Shown: positions 12,501 through 26,339, counted from the stretch's first letter. The stretch: 64,000 nucleotides of DNA from Halocafeteria seosinensis (GCA_001687465.1 LVLI01000305.1:1-64000); one strand, 5' to 3'. Numbers and translations: made by a program. The notes: generated from the letters alone by a model not told the origin.

Positions 12501-15500
12501 TGGCTGATAGCATTAATGCGGAAGTAGTGCTTGGCACAATTTCTAATTTGCAGGAAGCCGCTGAATGGATAGGATACACGTATCTGTACGTGCGCATGCT
12601 TCGCGAGCCGTCATTGTATGGCATCGACACTTCTGTTTTAGAGAACGACAAACTGCTTTTGCAACACCGCCTTGATTTGGCGCACTCTGCCGCAGTGCTG
12701 CTTGATAAACACTATCTTATCAGATATGATCGAAGAAGTGGCGCTTTCCAGACAACTGCTTTGGGCCGAGTTGCTGCTCATTATTACGTTGTACATCCAA
12801 CAATTGCAACCCTGAACGAGCACTTGAAGCCCACTCTTAGTGACATTGAAATTTTTCGTGTTTTTTCACTCAGCCATGAATTTCGCAATATTGTCATTCG
12901 CCAAGAAGAGAAAGAAGAACTGCGCAAACTGATCGAGAGGGTTCCCATTCCTATTAAGGAGTCAATGGAAGAGCCATCCGCTAAGGTGAATGTTCTTCTC
13001 CAGGCTTACATATCGCGACTTCGGATGGAAGGGTTTGCCTTGGTTGCGGATATGGTATATGTCCAGCAGTCAGCAGTTCGTCTCCTTCGGGCTGTGTTCG
13101 AAGTGGCGTTGCGGCGCGGTTGGGCAGCCCTGGCGGACAAAGTCTTGACGTTGTGCAAGATGGTCGACAAGCGTATGTGGTTAAGTCAAACCCCGCTGCG
13201 TCAGTTTACTCGGGGAGTTGGACGAGAAGGGAAGCAAGGACTCCCTGACGATGTATTGAGAAAGATTGAAAAGAAAGATATTCCATGGGAGCGATATTTT
13301 GATCTTACTAAAGAGGACCTTGGAGAACTGGTGAAAATGCCGAAGTTAGGGAAAACGCTGTTTCGTCTTGTACACTCGTTCCCGAAGGTAGAACTTCAAG
13401 CTCATGTGCAGCCAGTTACCAGATCAACAATTAAAGTTGAATTAACAATTACTCCTGACTTTAATTGGGACTCGCGAATCCACGGTGCTAGTGAAACTTT
13501 CTGGATCATTGTTGAAGATACCGATGGCGAGCAGATTATGCACTTCGACGAATTTGTCCTGAAGCAGCGTTACGCCGCCGAGGACCACGTTGTTTCGTTC
13601 ACAGTTTCACTAACGGATCCCATGCCTCCTCAATATTTCATTCGGGTGGTTTCCGATCGATGGCTACACTCATCTGCGATGCTTCCCATCAGCTTCCAAC
13701 ATCTCATTCTTCCGGAGAAATTCCCGCCTCATACGGAATTGCTGGACCGTCAGCCCCTTCCGTTGAACGAACTTCAGAATCAGACATACGAAGCTCTTTA
13801 TTCTGAAGGCGCTGGCATGGTGAAAGGTATTACTAAGTTCAATCCCATTCAGACTCAGACGTTTCCCTCTTTGTATCAGTCCGGTGCCAATGTGATGGTA
13901 GCAGCTCCGACTGGTAGCGGGAAAACTATCTGTGCGGAATTCAGCGTTCTTCGTTTGTTTTCTCAGGACCCGGATGCAACAGTTGTTTACGTTGCTCCAA
14001 AAGAAGACGTAGCAAAAGAGCGCTTTGAGGATTGGGACTTGAAGTTTGGTGATGGTTTACAGAAGAACGTTGTGGAACTTACAGGGGAGACATCGGCAGA
14101 CTTAAAACTACTTCAAAAGGCGCATGTTGTTGTTTCTACTCCAGAGCAATGGGACCGTCTAAGTCGTCGGTGGAAGCAACGGAAAGCAGTACAAAATGTT
14201 AAGCTGTTTATTGTGGACGATTTGCATCTTATTGGAGGCGATGTAGGTCCTACATTGGAGGTAATTACATCAAGGATGCGCTACATTTCGGCGCAACAGG
14301 AGAAAGAGCAGCAATGTCGAATCATTGGCCTCTCTGCATCAGTTGCGAATGCCCACGATCTGGGGGAATGGATCAGCGCTCCCTCAAAACATGTTTACAA
14401 TTTTCATCCGCAAGCTCGCCCTATTCCTTTGGAATTGCGCATTCAAGGTTTCGATATACAGCACGCTGGTAGTCGGTTGTTGGCCATGTCACGGCCGGCC
14501 TATAACTCTGTCACTAATCTCGCGGCCAAAGAAGGAAAGCCCTCGATAGTGTTCGTTCCTTCGCGGAAGCAGTGTCAGCTGACTGCGATTGACATTCGTT
14601 CGTTCTCCGCTGCGGAGCGTCGGTCTGACAAATTTCTGCTATCAGGCAACAGCGAACACGTTAACAAAATAGCGGATAGTCTTCCCCAGGACTCTGCTCT
14701 TCCAGATTGCGTTAGACATGGCATCGCCTTCATTCATGAAGGTATGCGTGCGGAAGATAGGGAGACTGTACAGCAGCTTTGGCGAGATGGTCATATAGGC
14801 GTCGTTGTTGCTACCGGCTCTAGTGCGTGGGGAATGAGACTTACTGCTCACCTCGTAGTTGTGCTGGATACGCAAACATATGATGGCCGTGAGCATCGCT
14901 ATGTTGATTACCCAATACCTGACATGCTTAAAATGATTAGCCGTGCGTCCCGGGACGATAGTGAAGACAGTGGGGGGTCATCATCTTGCCGCTGCGTAAT
15001 TCTTTGCCACACCAGCAAGAAACAGCATTTACGCAAATTCTTGACGGATCCATTGCCTGTCGAGAGTCATTTGGATCAATTCCTTCATGATCACATAAAT
15101 GCAGAAGTTGTCACGCAAACTATCGAGAATAAGCAAGACGCCGTTGATTGGATTACGTGGACTTTCTTCTACCGCAGGTTGACGCAGAATCCCAACTATT
15201 ACAACTTGCAGGGTGTAACAAATCGCCACTTAAGCGATCATTTGTCTGACCTAATTGAAGCCACGCTTAGCGATTTGGAAGCCAGTCGCTGTATCGCTGT
15301 GGAAGACGAGATGGACACAAAACCGTTGAATCTCGGTATGATCGCTGCGTATTATTACATTCGCTATACAACTATCGAGGTGTTTGCTTCCTCCATTGGA
15401 TCCAAGACGAAACTCAAAGGACTTTTGGAGATCTTATCGCACGCCTCGGAATACTCCGAGATACCTGTCCGGCATGGGGAAGAGAACCTCTTGAGAAATT

Positions 15501-16393
15501 TCGCCGCTCATTTACCTGTATCTATAATGCGCATTGACTCTTACACTGATCCCCATGTCAAGGCTAACATCCTTCTTCAAGCACATTTCTCCCGCAAGCC
15601 ATTGCCCACGGATATGCGGGGGGATCAATCACAAGTGTTGACAAGTGCAATTTCACTTCTACAGGCCTTGGTAGACGTCGTTGCATCCTCCGGTTGGTTG
15701 AAACCAGCTATTGCCGCGATGGAGTTGTCGCAAATGGTTGTGCAAGGGCTATGGGCAAATAAAGATAGTGTTCTTCTGCAAATTCCACATTTTACTCGCG
15801 AACTAGCAGAAAAGTGTGAAGCTTACCGCCCGCAAGAGAAAACTGAGGCTGACGAGGAAGGCGAAGGCGTAGAAACCGTGTACGATCTTATGGAATTAGA
15901 CGACGACGAAAGAAACAAACTATTAAATCTGCCGTCTCACAAAATGGCTGATGTGGCTCGTTTCTGTAACCGTTATCCCAATATCGAACTGGAATTCGAT
16001 GTCCCGGATGCTGAACAGGCAACTACCGGCAATCCTGTTACTGTCAATATAAAATTGTCCAGGGAGGAGCAGACAGAAGGGCTTGAAGAAGGAGCTGGCC
16101 TTGGGGCGGTCCATGCACCACTCTTTCCCAGGCAGAAAACTGAAAGCTGGTGGTTGGCAATTGGGGAACCAAACAGCAATCGGTTACTGGCGATTAAACG
16201 GTTTACTCTCGGGAAAGAACTTTTTACAAAGCTACAGTTTGAGGGCCCTGAGCCGGCAGGTGGACATGAGTTGCAGCTCTACTTCATGTCAGATAGTTAT
16301 CTGGGATGTGATCAGGAGTACGAATTTAGTCTTCAGGTCGCGCAAGGAGAAGAGTCCAGCTCTGAAGAAGAAGATGCTGAAATGGAACAATAG
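9511..16393 (+). CDS. SNRNP200: U5 snRNP 200 kDa RNA helicase Brr2
   Basis: N-terminal exons RQYEY|NANLVLQAER...EPTGEPESL. Two Ski2-like helicase cassettes (CAPTGAGKT, DEIHLLHD; APTGSGKT, DDLHL), each with a Sec63 unit, ending MSDSYLGCDQEY. Confidence 0.97.
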
Positions 16394-16842
16394 CTAGCTA
16401 GGGTCCAGACAAGTTTCGTTACGAATAGCCCAATGAACTGTGAAGCCATTAACTTCTGTAGTAGAATCTGTACTGCTTACGACCACGGCAGTACTACGTG
16501 TGTGGTTAGTATCTTCCTCTTTGCTTCTTCGCACTTACCACGACACAACTTTGCCTGCCTTTTGGAATGTTAATTCGTTGCATTCGTGCATTTTCGGGAA
16601 CAGTTCCGGCCTTCTAGGCCGCGCGACGCTCGTAGATCAGTCCGACTGATTCAGTCGTAGCCAATCCACTTCACAAGAGCCGTGCTTGGTTCCATTTTTT
16701 GTTTTTCTCGTCAGCAAGGATGGAGGCGCAGTAAATAAATATGACGTTGATGCAGCGCGGCATTTTCTTTTAATTAATAATGGTTGTACCATTGTAAAGG
16801 GGGCCTATTTGTTGTTCTGATGTGTGCATTTTGTTAGTTGAG

Positions 16843-17203
16843 ATGGCCCACACGCAAGCAGGAACTCTGGTAGAAAGGTAAGGTGTTCACAACAAGAGCT
16901 ATATCAGACCATGAATAGCTTTATACCTTTGATGCAGTGATGAGCAAACAATTCAGTATATCGTGTGGTTAGATGAGCAGCAACCTCGTGCCAGTATTGC
17001 TGTGCTTACACAAATTGACAAGAATTCGCTGTTACTAAAATCAGATAAGGTAAAGCTCTATTTCACGGTGTTTAGATATCAGCGCTTGGATCTGCGATGA
17101 CTTCCTTCTGTACAAATGAGTTTTACAGGTTGAGTTCGTACGGGATCAACTTCGTCGCCGGGCTGCAAAAAATACATACGATTCCGAAGAAGAAGACGAC
17201 TGA
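16843..17203 (+). CDS. GTF2H5: TFIIH p8 subunit (Tfb5), 3 exons: 16843-16877, 16938-17049, 17129-17203
   Basis: Manual splicing gives MAHTQAGTLVESDEQTIQYIVWLDEQQPRASIAVLTQIDKNSLLLKSDKVEFVRDQLRRRAAKNTYDSEEEDD. This fits the Tfb5 pattern G.L.E.D...Q....LDE.../N.Y and size, with canonical GT-AG introns. Not in the ORF track. Confidence 0.8.
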
Positions 17204-17337
17204 GGAAGATGGTAAAATGCTTTGTAGTATGTTGAGATTGTACGGGTACGAACTAAGAGCGCCGTGGACTATTAAAAACGATGTTAAGGGTTCTATCACT
17301 GACTGGTACCAAGAAGTGAAGACTGCACTTTGGCTCC

Positions 17338-18128
17338 TTACTGCTGCGCCTGCTCCCCTTCCTGCTTTTCACCGTTTGCTTGCGACTGCTCTTTCTGCTG
17401 GTCCTTAGAGGAACTTTGCTGTCCTGAAGACAGTTTATCAGGATCGTTTTCGAGAAGGTAATGGGCGAGGTATTCGACAGGTCGAGGTGGTCTGCAAGTT
17501 CGAGGTTTCTTTTACACCTTCAATAAAAGCTGGGATTAAAAACATCTGCAGGACATACCGTTCCTTAGCTAGTTGAGTGAGACCTTGCAACAACAATGGG
17601 ACAACTGTCTGATCTAAATATTGTCGCACCGGCAGAGTCTGCAAGTTATTGTTCTGACCATCCGCGGTTGAGTGGACTGCCTTAGCAGTCGAAGAACCCT
17701 GCATAGCATTTGGCCAAAATAGAAACAAACTATCGTTACACCATTAAGTATATGATGACGATGCTACATAAACCACCTTTTCCTTGGCTACATCCAGTGT
17801 TTCTCACGCCTGAATCACGCATACACTTACCTGACTTGAGGATACGCCCAGAGCTTGAGCCACATCAGCTTGAGTTGATGCTTGTTCATTGGACGAGCCA
17901 GAGGTTGCCTCCGTTTGCTGCTGCTGCTGTGAGTTCGATTCCTTATTCTCCATCGGAACATCTTTCTCGTCTGCAGAATATAATTCATAAACAGGATCCC
18001 TAACGCACAGAAGCTGGTCATCAGGGATACTCAAGATGCTTACCAGCTCCCTCCTCCTTTTGCTGTTGCTCTGCTGACGTAGGAGCAGCAGCGGTACCTT
18101 CGGTATTTTCCTCTGCAGATGAAGACAT
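17338..18128 (-). CDS. DPY30: Dpy-30 domain protein (COMPASS subunit-like), multi-exon
   Basis: [46 protein letters not shown], with low-complexity Q/S/E termini. Confidence 0.85.
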
Positions 18129-18530
18129 ATTTCCTTTTCTTTTGATCACTCTATGGACACTCTACGGGGGGAAATGAGACGAGAACGCTTTTCTCCTTCC
18201 GAAATGAAATGACACTACCCCTTGATAGATGACACACGAGGCTTATATATATAATACTGCAGTGAGTTATACACAATATGCAGTCATTGTTAGGTTCAAT
18301 ACTACGGGTGCTTATGCCTATTATTGATTTGAAACACGAGCCAAAAAAAGATTGGAGCCTTACTGGCTGGAGAAATTCAGGGTCCCCGTCTGGTGGACAA
18401 CGCAGTGTCAACACTACCACAACGATTGCACAGTCCTGTAGTTGGGTACTGTAGGGTACATCGATTAAGAACAAAAAGGAGGGGAGCAATATTATGCATG
18501 CTAATTTATCAAGGTATGCCTCTTCAGACA

Positions 18531-19982
18531 CTATGTGGTGAGAATGCTGTCGTTGTTGGCTTCTGCCAGCGCACGCTGCATTAACTTCCAAAACGCACTT
18601 ACGTCAATTTTGGAGGCTACGTAGCAATTTTTTTGCTGTTCTGAATAGTTCTTGATATTCAACATATCGCAAACGGTCTGGCCAGCCGACAAAGGCGACG
18701 CGGTTTCAATGTCGACCCGGCACTTTGTAACTTCGAATAGCGAAGGGTCAACGATGTATGCTACAGCACACGGGTCGTGTAACGGCGGATCAGGCATTTT
18801 GAAATACGAACGATAAGTATCTCTATAGAATGTGAGGAGACTGACTATCAAGTTGGCAAATTCACTCTGCAGGGAACCCAACAAAAGACGCCCGACGTAT
18901 CCTGTATCGTTTAAAGTACGCAGGACAATAAAAGCCTACTACCAACCTTAAGTTCCCGTATCCCCTCCAAAACCTGATCCGTAACCAAAACCGTGTGACT
19001 GACCTCTAGAGGAACCATTATTAATTCCTTTATACCTGCGTTAAAAACAATGGCTGCAGCTTCCGGGTCGACTTCAATGTTAAACTCCGCTACGGGGTTG
19101 GTGTTGCCCATCCCCATTGCACCGCCCAATATAGCTGTAAAATTTACACAAATGAAACACGAATAGCATAGCCCTGGCGTCACAATGCAAATAACTCACA
19201 TAGACGAGCGATATAATCTTTGATGTCGGGATGTACTTTCAGCAACAATGCAACGTTCGTCAGAGGCCCGGTGGCAACGAGGTTTACCATATGCCCAGTG
19301 GCGGAGACAAAGTGCTTGATATTTTGATACATCGTTTCTACGGCGCAATGCTGTGTTCCAGAAGTGCAGTAGGCTAACAGGAAATCGATATATCGTCTTC
19401 AAGCACTTACTTCCTGGTGTTCTGGGAAATACTTTGCAGGCAATCGTGGGAAATCATAGCCGTTCAGTCCACTATCTCCATGGATCTCCGGACACACTTT
19501 TGAGGAACGAAGTAGCTGGGGAGGGTACAGCTCGCCAGAAAAAGATCGCAAAGGTAAGAAGGACGGCAACTAGTACGTTTAACCTACTGGTTCTGGCGAG
19601 CCCTTCACCACCGGCACCTGCAGCGTCAAGTTACCCTATAGCAGTCAAACAGAACATCAGGAATTCCACCAAGAGAAATTTACCTTTCCTAGTTGACCGA
19701 CGACGTTGAGAATATCCAGCGCATTCTTTGTTGTTTTATCTAATGGCATGTTCCCTGAAACCGTGCTAATCCCAATAAGGTTAGTCTTGGGGTTATACAT
19801 GGCGAGCAAGATTGCCATAGCATCTGCAGGTCAAAGTAGAAGTCCAACCCAAAGTATGAGTTCATGTGGATAGAGAGGAGAGCGCTGCTTCTACATTAGT
19901 GAAGCGAGACGGGTAGGTTGAACGCACCATCATGGCCTGGGTCACAGTCTATCCAGACGGGATGCTGGGTCTCCTCTGTCAT
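18531..19982 (-). CDS. Inosine/uridine-preferring nucleoside hydrolase (URH1/RihA-like), multi-exon
   Basis: [19 protein letters not shown]...[40 protein letters not shown]. Confidence 0.92.
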
Positions 19983-20380
19983 CGTGCTCAATTAGTCACC
20001 TAGAGACATGCAATCCCATTGGCTTCAGGAACTCAGCCGCTTCTGATCTTGTCCTATGGACCAAAGTGAAATTCAAACACACCCATGTTATCACCGACTT
20101 CTGACGACGTCCGCGCGTGGACGGATTCGCAACTTCAACGAAGTTAACTTCGTTCATTTGAAAACAGTACGCGGAAGCCGCCGGTTTGGTGATCTCTTTG
20201 CATTTTGGGTAGCAGATTCGAAACGCAAATTGTAAGGAGTAGAAGAATATAAGTATACGAGACGACATTGTAAGAGAAAAACTGGGTAGCTTAATAAGTT
20301 GATGCCAACTGGGGAGGCGCTCCTGAAGAAGTGCAGTCTCAAAAAGTCAGACTTTTGCTTATATCTCAAAAGCGAAAGAA

Positions 20381-21917
20381 ATGGCCTGTGCTATTGTTAG
20401 TAGTCAAATAGGGGCCGTTTGCGAGAGCTCTTCAGCATCTCCCACTAGCCAAGCGCAGAAAGCTTCCTCGGCCGCGGCGATGCAAAGACGGACCGAGGAA
20501 ACCACAGACACACCGTACGGTTTACTGGTATGTGGTGAAGTATCGAAAAACTTCTGCAGATCTATTGTTTTTCTAGCGGGGACACCTTCGTCCTTTGGAG
20601 TTCCATTATCGATACTCTAGAATCGTTGTATAATATAACTTGCTCTGCAGATGTGTGCTGACACTCAAGCGGGAACCAAATGTGACCAGATATATTGGCG
20701 GCTGCGGCGCGAAGAAACGCGTTTGGGGTCTTTCAATGGGGATGCTTCGTACATCCAGGTAAGCGTCTATGACTTTATCTCCGTAGTTTCCCGTCTTTGT
20801 CCCTGGTTGGACTTTGCGCTCTGGACGGTTGCTGATTTGAATATTTTGTGTATTGCATTCCGATGCAGCCACATCACACCCAAGCCGCCACGCCTCGAAG
20901 GGTTCTTGTTGACTGGATCCAGGAGGTATCGGAAGACTGCAACTTCGACTTCTGTACTTTCCATACGGCCGTAAGTACCATCACTAGCATCACGCACATT
21001 GCCGCTGTGTGAGAATGTACTTGATTGTCTCGTCTCCGCAGGTATTCTACGTGGACAAGCTCCTACAAAAATACACTATCCCTGAGAAACACTTGCAACT
21101 CTTCGGTTTATGCTGCTTAAACATTGCCGGTAAGGATGAGCTAACGAAGGTTGAACCGATTATACGTATAGTTCTCAGTATCGCTTGCTCGGACTGCTCA
21201 GCGAAATACGAGGAAGCAGAGGAGAATGTTCCTCGATTTCCGGAACTAAATAGCATTGCTCAGACAAACTTTCCCAGGGAATTGCTTAGTCAGATGGAGG
21301 TCGTAGTTTTGAATAAGTGAGTATTTGTATGTCTCACACTATATTATCTGAGGCTTGTAGCACGTTGGACAACCATGCAGAATAGGTTGGCGTCTCAACG
21401 CCGTTACTCCGGCTCATCTTTTGGGCTACATGAGTGAAAAAGGATTGCTCTTTAGCAATGACACGTTGTGTGGAAAGAGGCTGGTGCCAAGCGTGCCTTC
21501 ATATTTGCAAAAATACGTCGAGTTCTTCTGTACTCTCTGTGCCCAAGATCACGCGTTCCTCCAGTACAAACCATCTGTACTTGCTGCAGCAATTGCTTTA
21601 GTGTCAAGAAGAGCATTGATAATCATGTAGGTTTTGATGTGATTGTATCTCTTGTTCAATTCCGACTACTACTACTAGGTTTCTCTGTATGCAGGCCAAT
21701 GTGGAATGACAAGCTCCACGAGGTGCTCCACTACACTGAAAATGAAATCCGGCCAGTGTTTTTGCACATTTGGCTGCAATATACGGATAATTACAATAGA
21801 GAGTGCTTACAAGCTGATTCAGAGTATCAAGATGATATTACTGCAAAAGCCAGTGCTCACAAGATTGCCAAACGACTTGGATCCCGGTGGTCGCCAACCC
21901 GTGTCACTGAAGTGTAA
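20381..21917 (+). CDS. Cyclin (cyclin J-like), tandem copy 1, multi-exon
   Basis: Spliced cyclin box RRVLVDWIQEV...HTA|VFYVDKLL...LQLFGLCCLNIA|AKYEEAEENVP...QMEVVVLN|..WRLNAVTPAH; QDHAFLQYKPSVLAAA. Confidence 0.85.
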
Positions 21918-22496
21918 CATCGTTTATGTAATGTATAGTTGGTAAAACCACCAAGCACAGAATGCATGACAGAACTTAATCACAGTGATTTCGCCTTCCC
22001 ATTATGGATATGGGCTCTCACACATACAATAGAACTGTGGTATCGTGCTTTGCTGGCAAAAGTTGCTGCCTAACTCTACCAGGTAGGCTTCGTCCATTTC
22101 CATTCCCTCGGTGCTCTAATAACCCGTGGATGAACTGAAAAACTTGGTCTGCACTTGTCCATATATGCTCTTCATACTCAATCTTACTGGCTACAAGAAG
22201 TACTGGCCGCGTGGCGCGCCGCGCGCGTTGGCAAGTTGACAAACTTCAACCTGTTTTGAACTCGAAGCGAGTCTCAGTACAGCACGCTCACTATTCTGAT
22301 TCTTTAAGATTTTGTTCAATTCTGTGAATTCCCCAGTGCATTTCTTTTCCATTTACTGTGCTGCCTTCTGATGCATGTGTAAGACTGGTTCATTAGATCT
22401 GTCTAGAACAATCTCTCAAACATCAAAATTTGCTCAGCAAAGACGCTTCCGGAGGGAGTCATCTGTTTTTCAAACACGAAGATACTTCAGTTAAAA

Positions 22497-24231
22497 ATGG
22501 CGTGCGCAGTAAACGACAGCGAAATGGAAACGGCATACTTTTCAGCCTCCAGTGAACAGTATACGGGTCATCAACACAATGTAAGTGCCTCCTAGACTAT
22601 AGAGGATCGTACTTAGATTCTCCTGACAGCCGTTGTTCCCTTTTCCCCTGATTTCCTCCTTTATACCTTTTTTGTGGTTTTATACTTCATCGCGATTGTG
22701 ACTTGCAGTCATCTGGGTTTATATCAGTAGAGCAACGATGCTCAGAGGAAGATGAGAGAGATGCACCATATGGCTTATCGGTAAGTAACGTCTCTAATAG
22801 CTGGTGTGATCTCTAACATTTGCGATCTTCAGCTGGTTTGAATTGGAGCTAGCGCTTTGAAATTCCTCGTCCTCTTAACTTTTTTCGTACAAATAGCCTT
22901 CTGAAACCAACTACTTCATATCTATTCTCGTATGTTTGCATACCACATGCAGATTTCGGGTGATGACCAAGTTGGGACAAAGTGTGACGAGATATATTGG
23001 CGACTCCGTCAGGAGGAACTAAACCAAGTACCATACGATGATGAGGCCACATATTTGCAAGTAAGTGATGATCCCACGCATGTATCAACGAGTGTTCCAG
23101 TTTTTTCCCGTTTATCGGTTGGTCCAAGTTTGTTATGCTGAGGTGTATTCTTTCTGCGTTATCGTTTTAAATTATATTTCAAATCTTGTGGGATGCAGCA
23201 TCGACGGATTCTAGTTGATTGGATGTGTGAAGTGGGAGAAGATTGTCACTTCGACCACTGCACCCTACACACAGCTGTAAGTACTGGAATTCGACAATGA
23301 AAGATCCCATAGCAAAGACCCTGCTTTTCATTTTTTGAATATTTCCAGGTGTTCTACATCGATAAATTACTACAGAGATACACCATGCCTAAGCATCACT
23401 TGCAATTATTGGGCTTGTGCTGTCTAAATATTGCTGGTAAGGTGTTCATAGGCTTTAAGATCGAATTGACGGGTGCTGACTCTCAGTTTATTGTGAATTT
23501 TCAGCAAAGTACGAGGAAGCAGAGGAACGGGTTCCGCCGGTTCAACAATTGAACGAGATCGCCAAGACTTCTTTTTCTCGAGGACTGGTGAATCAGATGG
23601 AGATAATGGTTTTGAATCAGTAAGTCAATTACTACATGAGAGCTCATTGTATATGGGGAGGGCTAACGTAGACGGTAACATTACAGACTGGGATGGTGTC
23701 TCAACGCCGTGACCCCGGCCCATTTTCTAGGCTATATGGTCGGCAAGGGGCTACTCTTCAAGAGCGATACAATGCTTGGAAAGAAGCTGATACCGAAAGT
23801 ACCTCGATACTTACAGAAATATGTGAAATTCTTTTGCGATTTGTGCGCTCAAGATCATTCCTTTCTTCAATATAAGCCTTCTATACTGGCAGCGGCAATT
23901 GCCGTGGCATCCCGTCGTGCATTGACCATCATGTGAGTAGTTGCTGTGGAAATGTAATAAGTGACCTCTCGAAAACGTCTTGATGTGTTCGATGGTCTAC
24001 AGGCCAATGTGGAACGATAACCTTGACGAAGTGGTACACTACAGAGAGGACGAGATTCGTCCTGTTTTTTTACACGTGTGGCTGCACTATCGAGAGAACT
24101 TCTCGACTGAATGTTCTCAAGCGGATGAAAGATACCAAGATGATGTCACTGCAAAAGCAGATGCCCACATGCTCAAGATTGCTACAAGATCTGGCAAAAA
24201 GCGGTCTCCCAGCGGGGTCACAGATATGTAA
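22497..24231 (+). CDS. Cyclin (cyclin J-like), tandem copy 2, multi-exon
   Basis: HRRILVDWMCEV...HTA|VFYIDKLL...CCLNIA|AKYEEAEERVP; QDHSFLQYKPSILAAA. Clearly paralogous to 20381-21917; both start MACA. Confidence 0.85.
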
Positions 24232-24388
24232 AGTGAAGTTCCCAATTCATTTGCTGTGAGATATTTCATCGAACTTCAATTGCGACGGTAAAGAGCATTT
24301 CGAAGTTTATCGTAATCTGACTGCAATTCTTTATGGTATAACGCTAGCGATTCGGAATCCTCGGATGTGTGAGGCTTATGATCAACGT

Positions 24389-25126
24389 TTACTTGTCCTC
24401 CACTTCTATGATTGCCTCGATCTCGACGGGAATATTCAATGGTAGGGCGTTAGTTCCCACGGCAGAACGACTGTGGATCCCTTTGTCCCCGAAAATCTTC
24501 CCAATTAAGTCAGACGCCCCATTGATTACTTGCGGTTGTTGGGTGAATTCGTCCACACAATTTACAAACCCTGTTAATTTCACTACTCTTTTCACACGGT
24601 CCAAGTCTCCTAGCTCTTCTGTATTAGCAGAATCTCTTTTAGGGTGAAGAGCATTCGCGATTTGCAAAAGACGGTAAAGTGCAGCTTACTCTTCAGCGTC
24701 GCCAACAGATTCATTGTAACTAGTTGGGCTGCGTCATAAGCTTCGTCAACACTGACTTCCTTTCCCACCTTCCCTTTCCGAATTGTTCCATCAGTCTCGA
24801 TTGGCAGGTGTCCGGCTGCAACCAAAGTAGCATTCGTTCCTTTAGAGTGTACACAGCTACCGCAGTTGATTGGATGCAGAACACTGAAGCTTACCCGTGT
24901 AGAGCATGTTTCCGGATCTCATGACTGGCAAGTAGTTCCCTTTTGGTGTGGAAGGTTGAGGAATCTCCAGGCCCAACTCCTTTATTTTGTTTTCAATAGC
25001 TCCCCCCGAGCTGGCTGCATTGGCAAATGCAGCTTTGGGGACGCTGTTAAAGGTGAAGAATCTGGTGCTTCTTCCAGCACCCAGTCCTCGCGCCATAATC
25101 GAGCGCGTAATTCTGCTAGGCAGCAT
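24389..25126 (-). CDS. Rid/YjgF/UK114 family protein with probable mitochondrial presequence
   Basis: PKGNYLPVMRSGNMLY|..GHLP...GKVG...RVVKLTGFVNC...QPQVINGASDL...HSRSAVG...LPLNIPVEIE; Arg/Ser-rich, acid-free N-terminus. Confidence 0.9.
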
Positions 25127-25342
25127 GTTTCTTTTTCTTTCAGAAAAGCTAGTATCACTGAAATCTCAGTTCTTGAGTACTACCCAGGTCTTGACAAGCA
25201 TGCAAGTTGCAACTGTAAAACAAAAGGCCATCATTTCCGGCTGTGAAGTCCAAGTTCAACCAAACCCACCTGAAATACAGGTACAGGTGATGTTGCCCTT
25301 GTTATGTCATTGGGTATTCATGTCTAGGTTCGGAAGACAAAA

Positions 25343-26330
25343 ATGCCGTATATCCAAGAGGCATTCCTCTCTGTTCAAACACTAGCACAGCAGCTCCCAT
25401 GGCCTGTGGTTGCTCTTGGAGGATGGATTCTGGGTTGGATGATCGCCTACTGTGTTTTATGGGAGCACGCAACAGCACAAGACCGAGAAGGAACTACCCT
25501 GCCAGGAGTGTCCCCTGGGTCATCCATATTACTCGTCACAGCTCACCCCGACGATGAGGCTATGTTTTTCGTGCCCACAATTAAAGCCCTCAGTAAGCGC
25601 TACACATGGCACTTGGTGTGCTTGTCAACAGGTACGATTGAAAGCAACCGAGAATGATAATGCTGTTAATTTCAATTTACCTGTGCTAATTAATATGCAT
25701 GGACTCCATACTACGCAGGCAATGCTGAGGGTCTCGGTAATACACGCTCTCTAGAACTGTATGACAGTTGCACCAACGTCCTGGGTATGCAGCTGCCGAA
25801 TATCCACGTCGTTAACGATCCAGAGCTTCCAGATGGTATGCGGGTCTACTGGCCACCTGATCAAGTGGCGCGTCATATAGGAAAATATGTAAACCACCGA
25901 GCCGAAGCTCAAGACCCCATTCGAGCTGTAAGTGCGTCGCTGTAGTCAACGCGATACTACACTATATGTCTTTGGAACGTTATCCTCCTTACAGATCATT
26001 TCTTTTGACTCAAGCGGGGTGTCAAAGCATCCAAATCACATAAGCACACATTTCGGAGTGCGCCAGTATTGCGCTGACTCAGAGAGTCCACCGGCCGTAT
26101 ACTGTCTAGAGTCGATCAGCGTTCCGCGGAAATTCTCCGGTATCTACGAGTACTTCCTTAAGAAGTCAATCACTGGGAATTCAAGAGCACTCATACTTGT
26201 CCAACCGAGTATTTTGCTCGTTTACAGAGCCATGAAAGCTCATATGAGTCAATTTGTTTGGTTTCGACGCCTATTCCTAGCGTTCTCCAGTTACACATTT
26301 GTCAACTGTATAAAGCGGGACAACACGTGA
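25343..26330 (+). CDS. PIGL: N-acetylglucosaminyl-phosphatidylinositol de-N-acetylase
   Basis: N-terminal TM segment, LLVTAHPDDEAMFFVPTI, CLST|GNAEGLG, SFDSSGVSKHPNH, AMKAHMSQFVWFRRLF. Confidence 0.92.
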
Positions 26331-26339
26331 TGGCTTCCT

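Noticed and set aside
16398..16592. Possible small spliced minus-strand ORF (GTAAGT...CTAAC...TAG intron-like signal) after BRR2
   Set aside because: The ~50-aa product has no recognisable features; cannot be supported without transcripts
23065..23141. GTGATGA...CTGA in a cyclin-2 intron (C/D snoRNA-like spacing)
   Set aside because: The C box overlaps the 5' splice site, there is no terminal stem, and no convincing rRNA guide lies next to the D box
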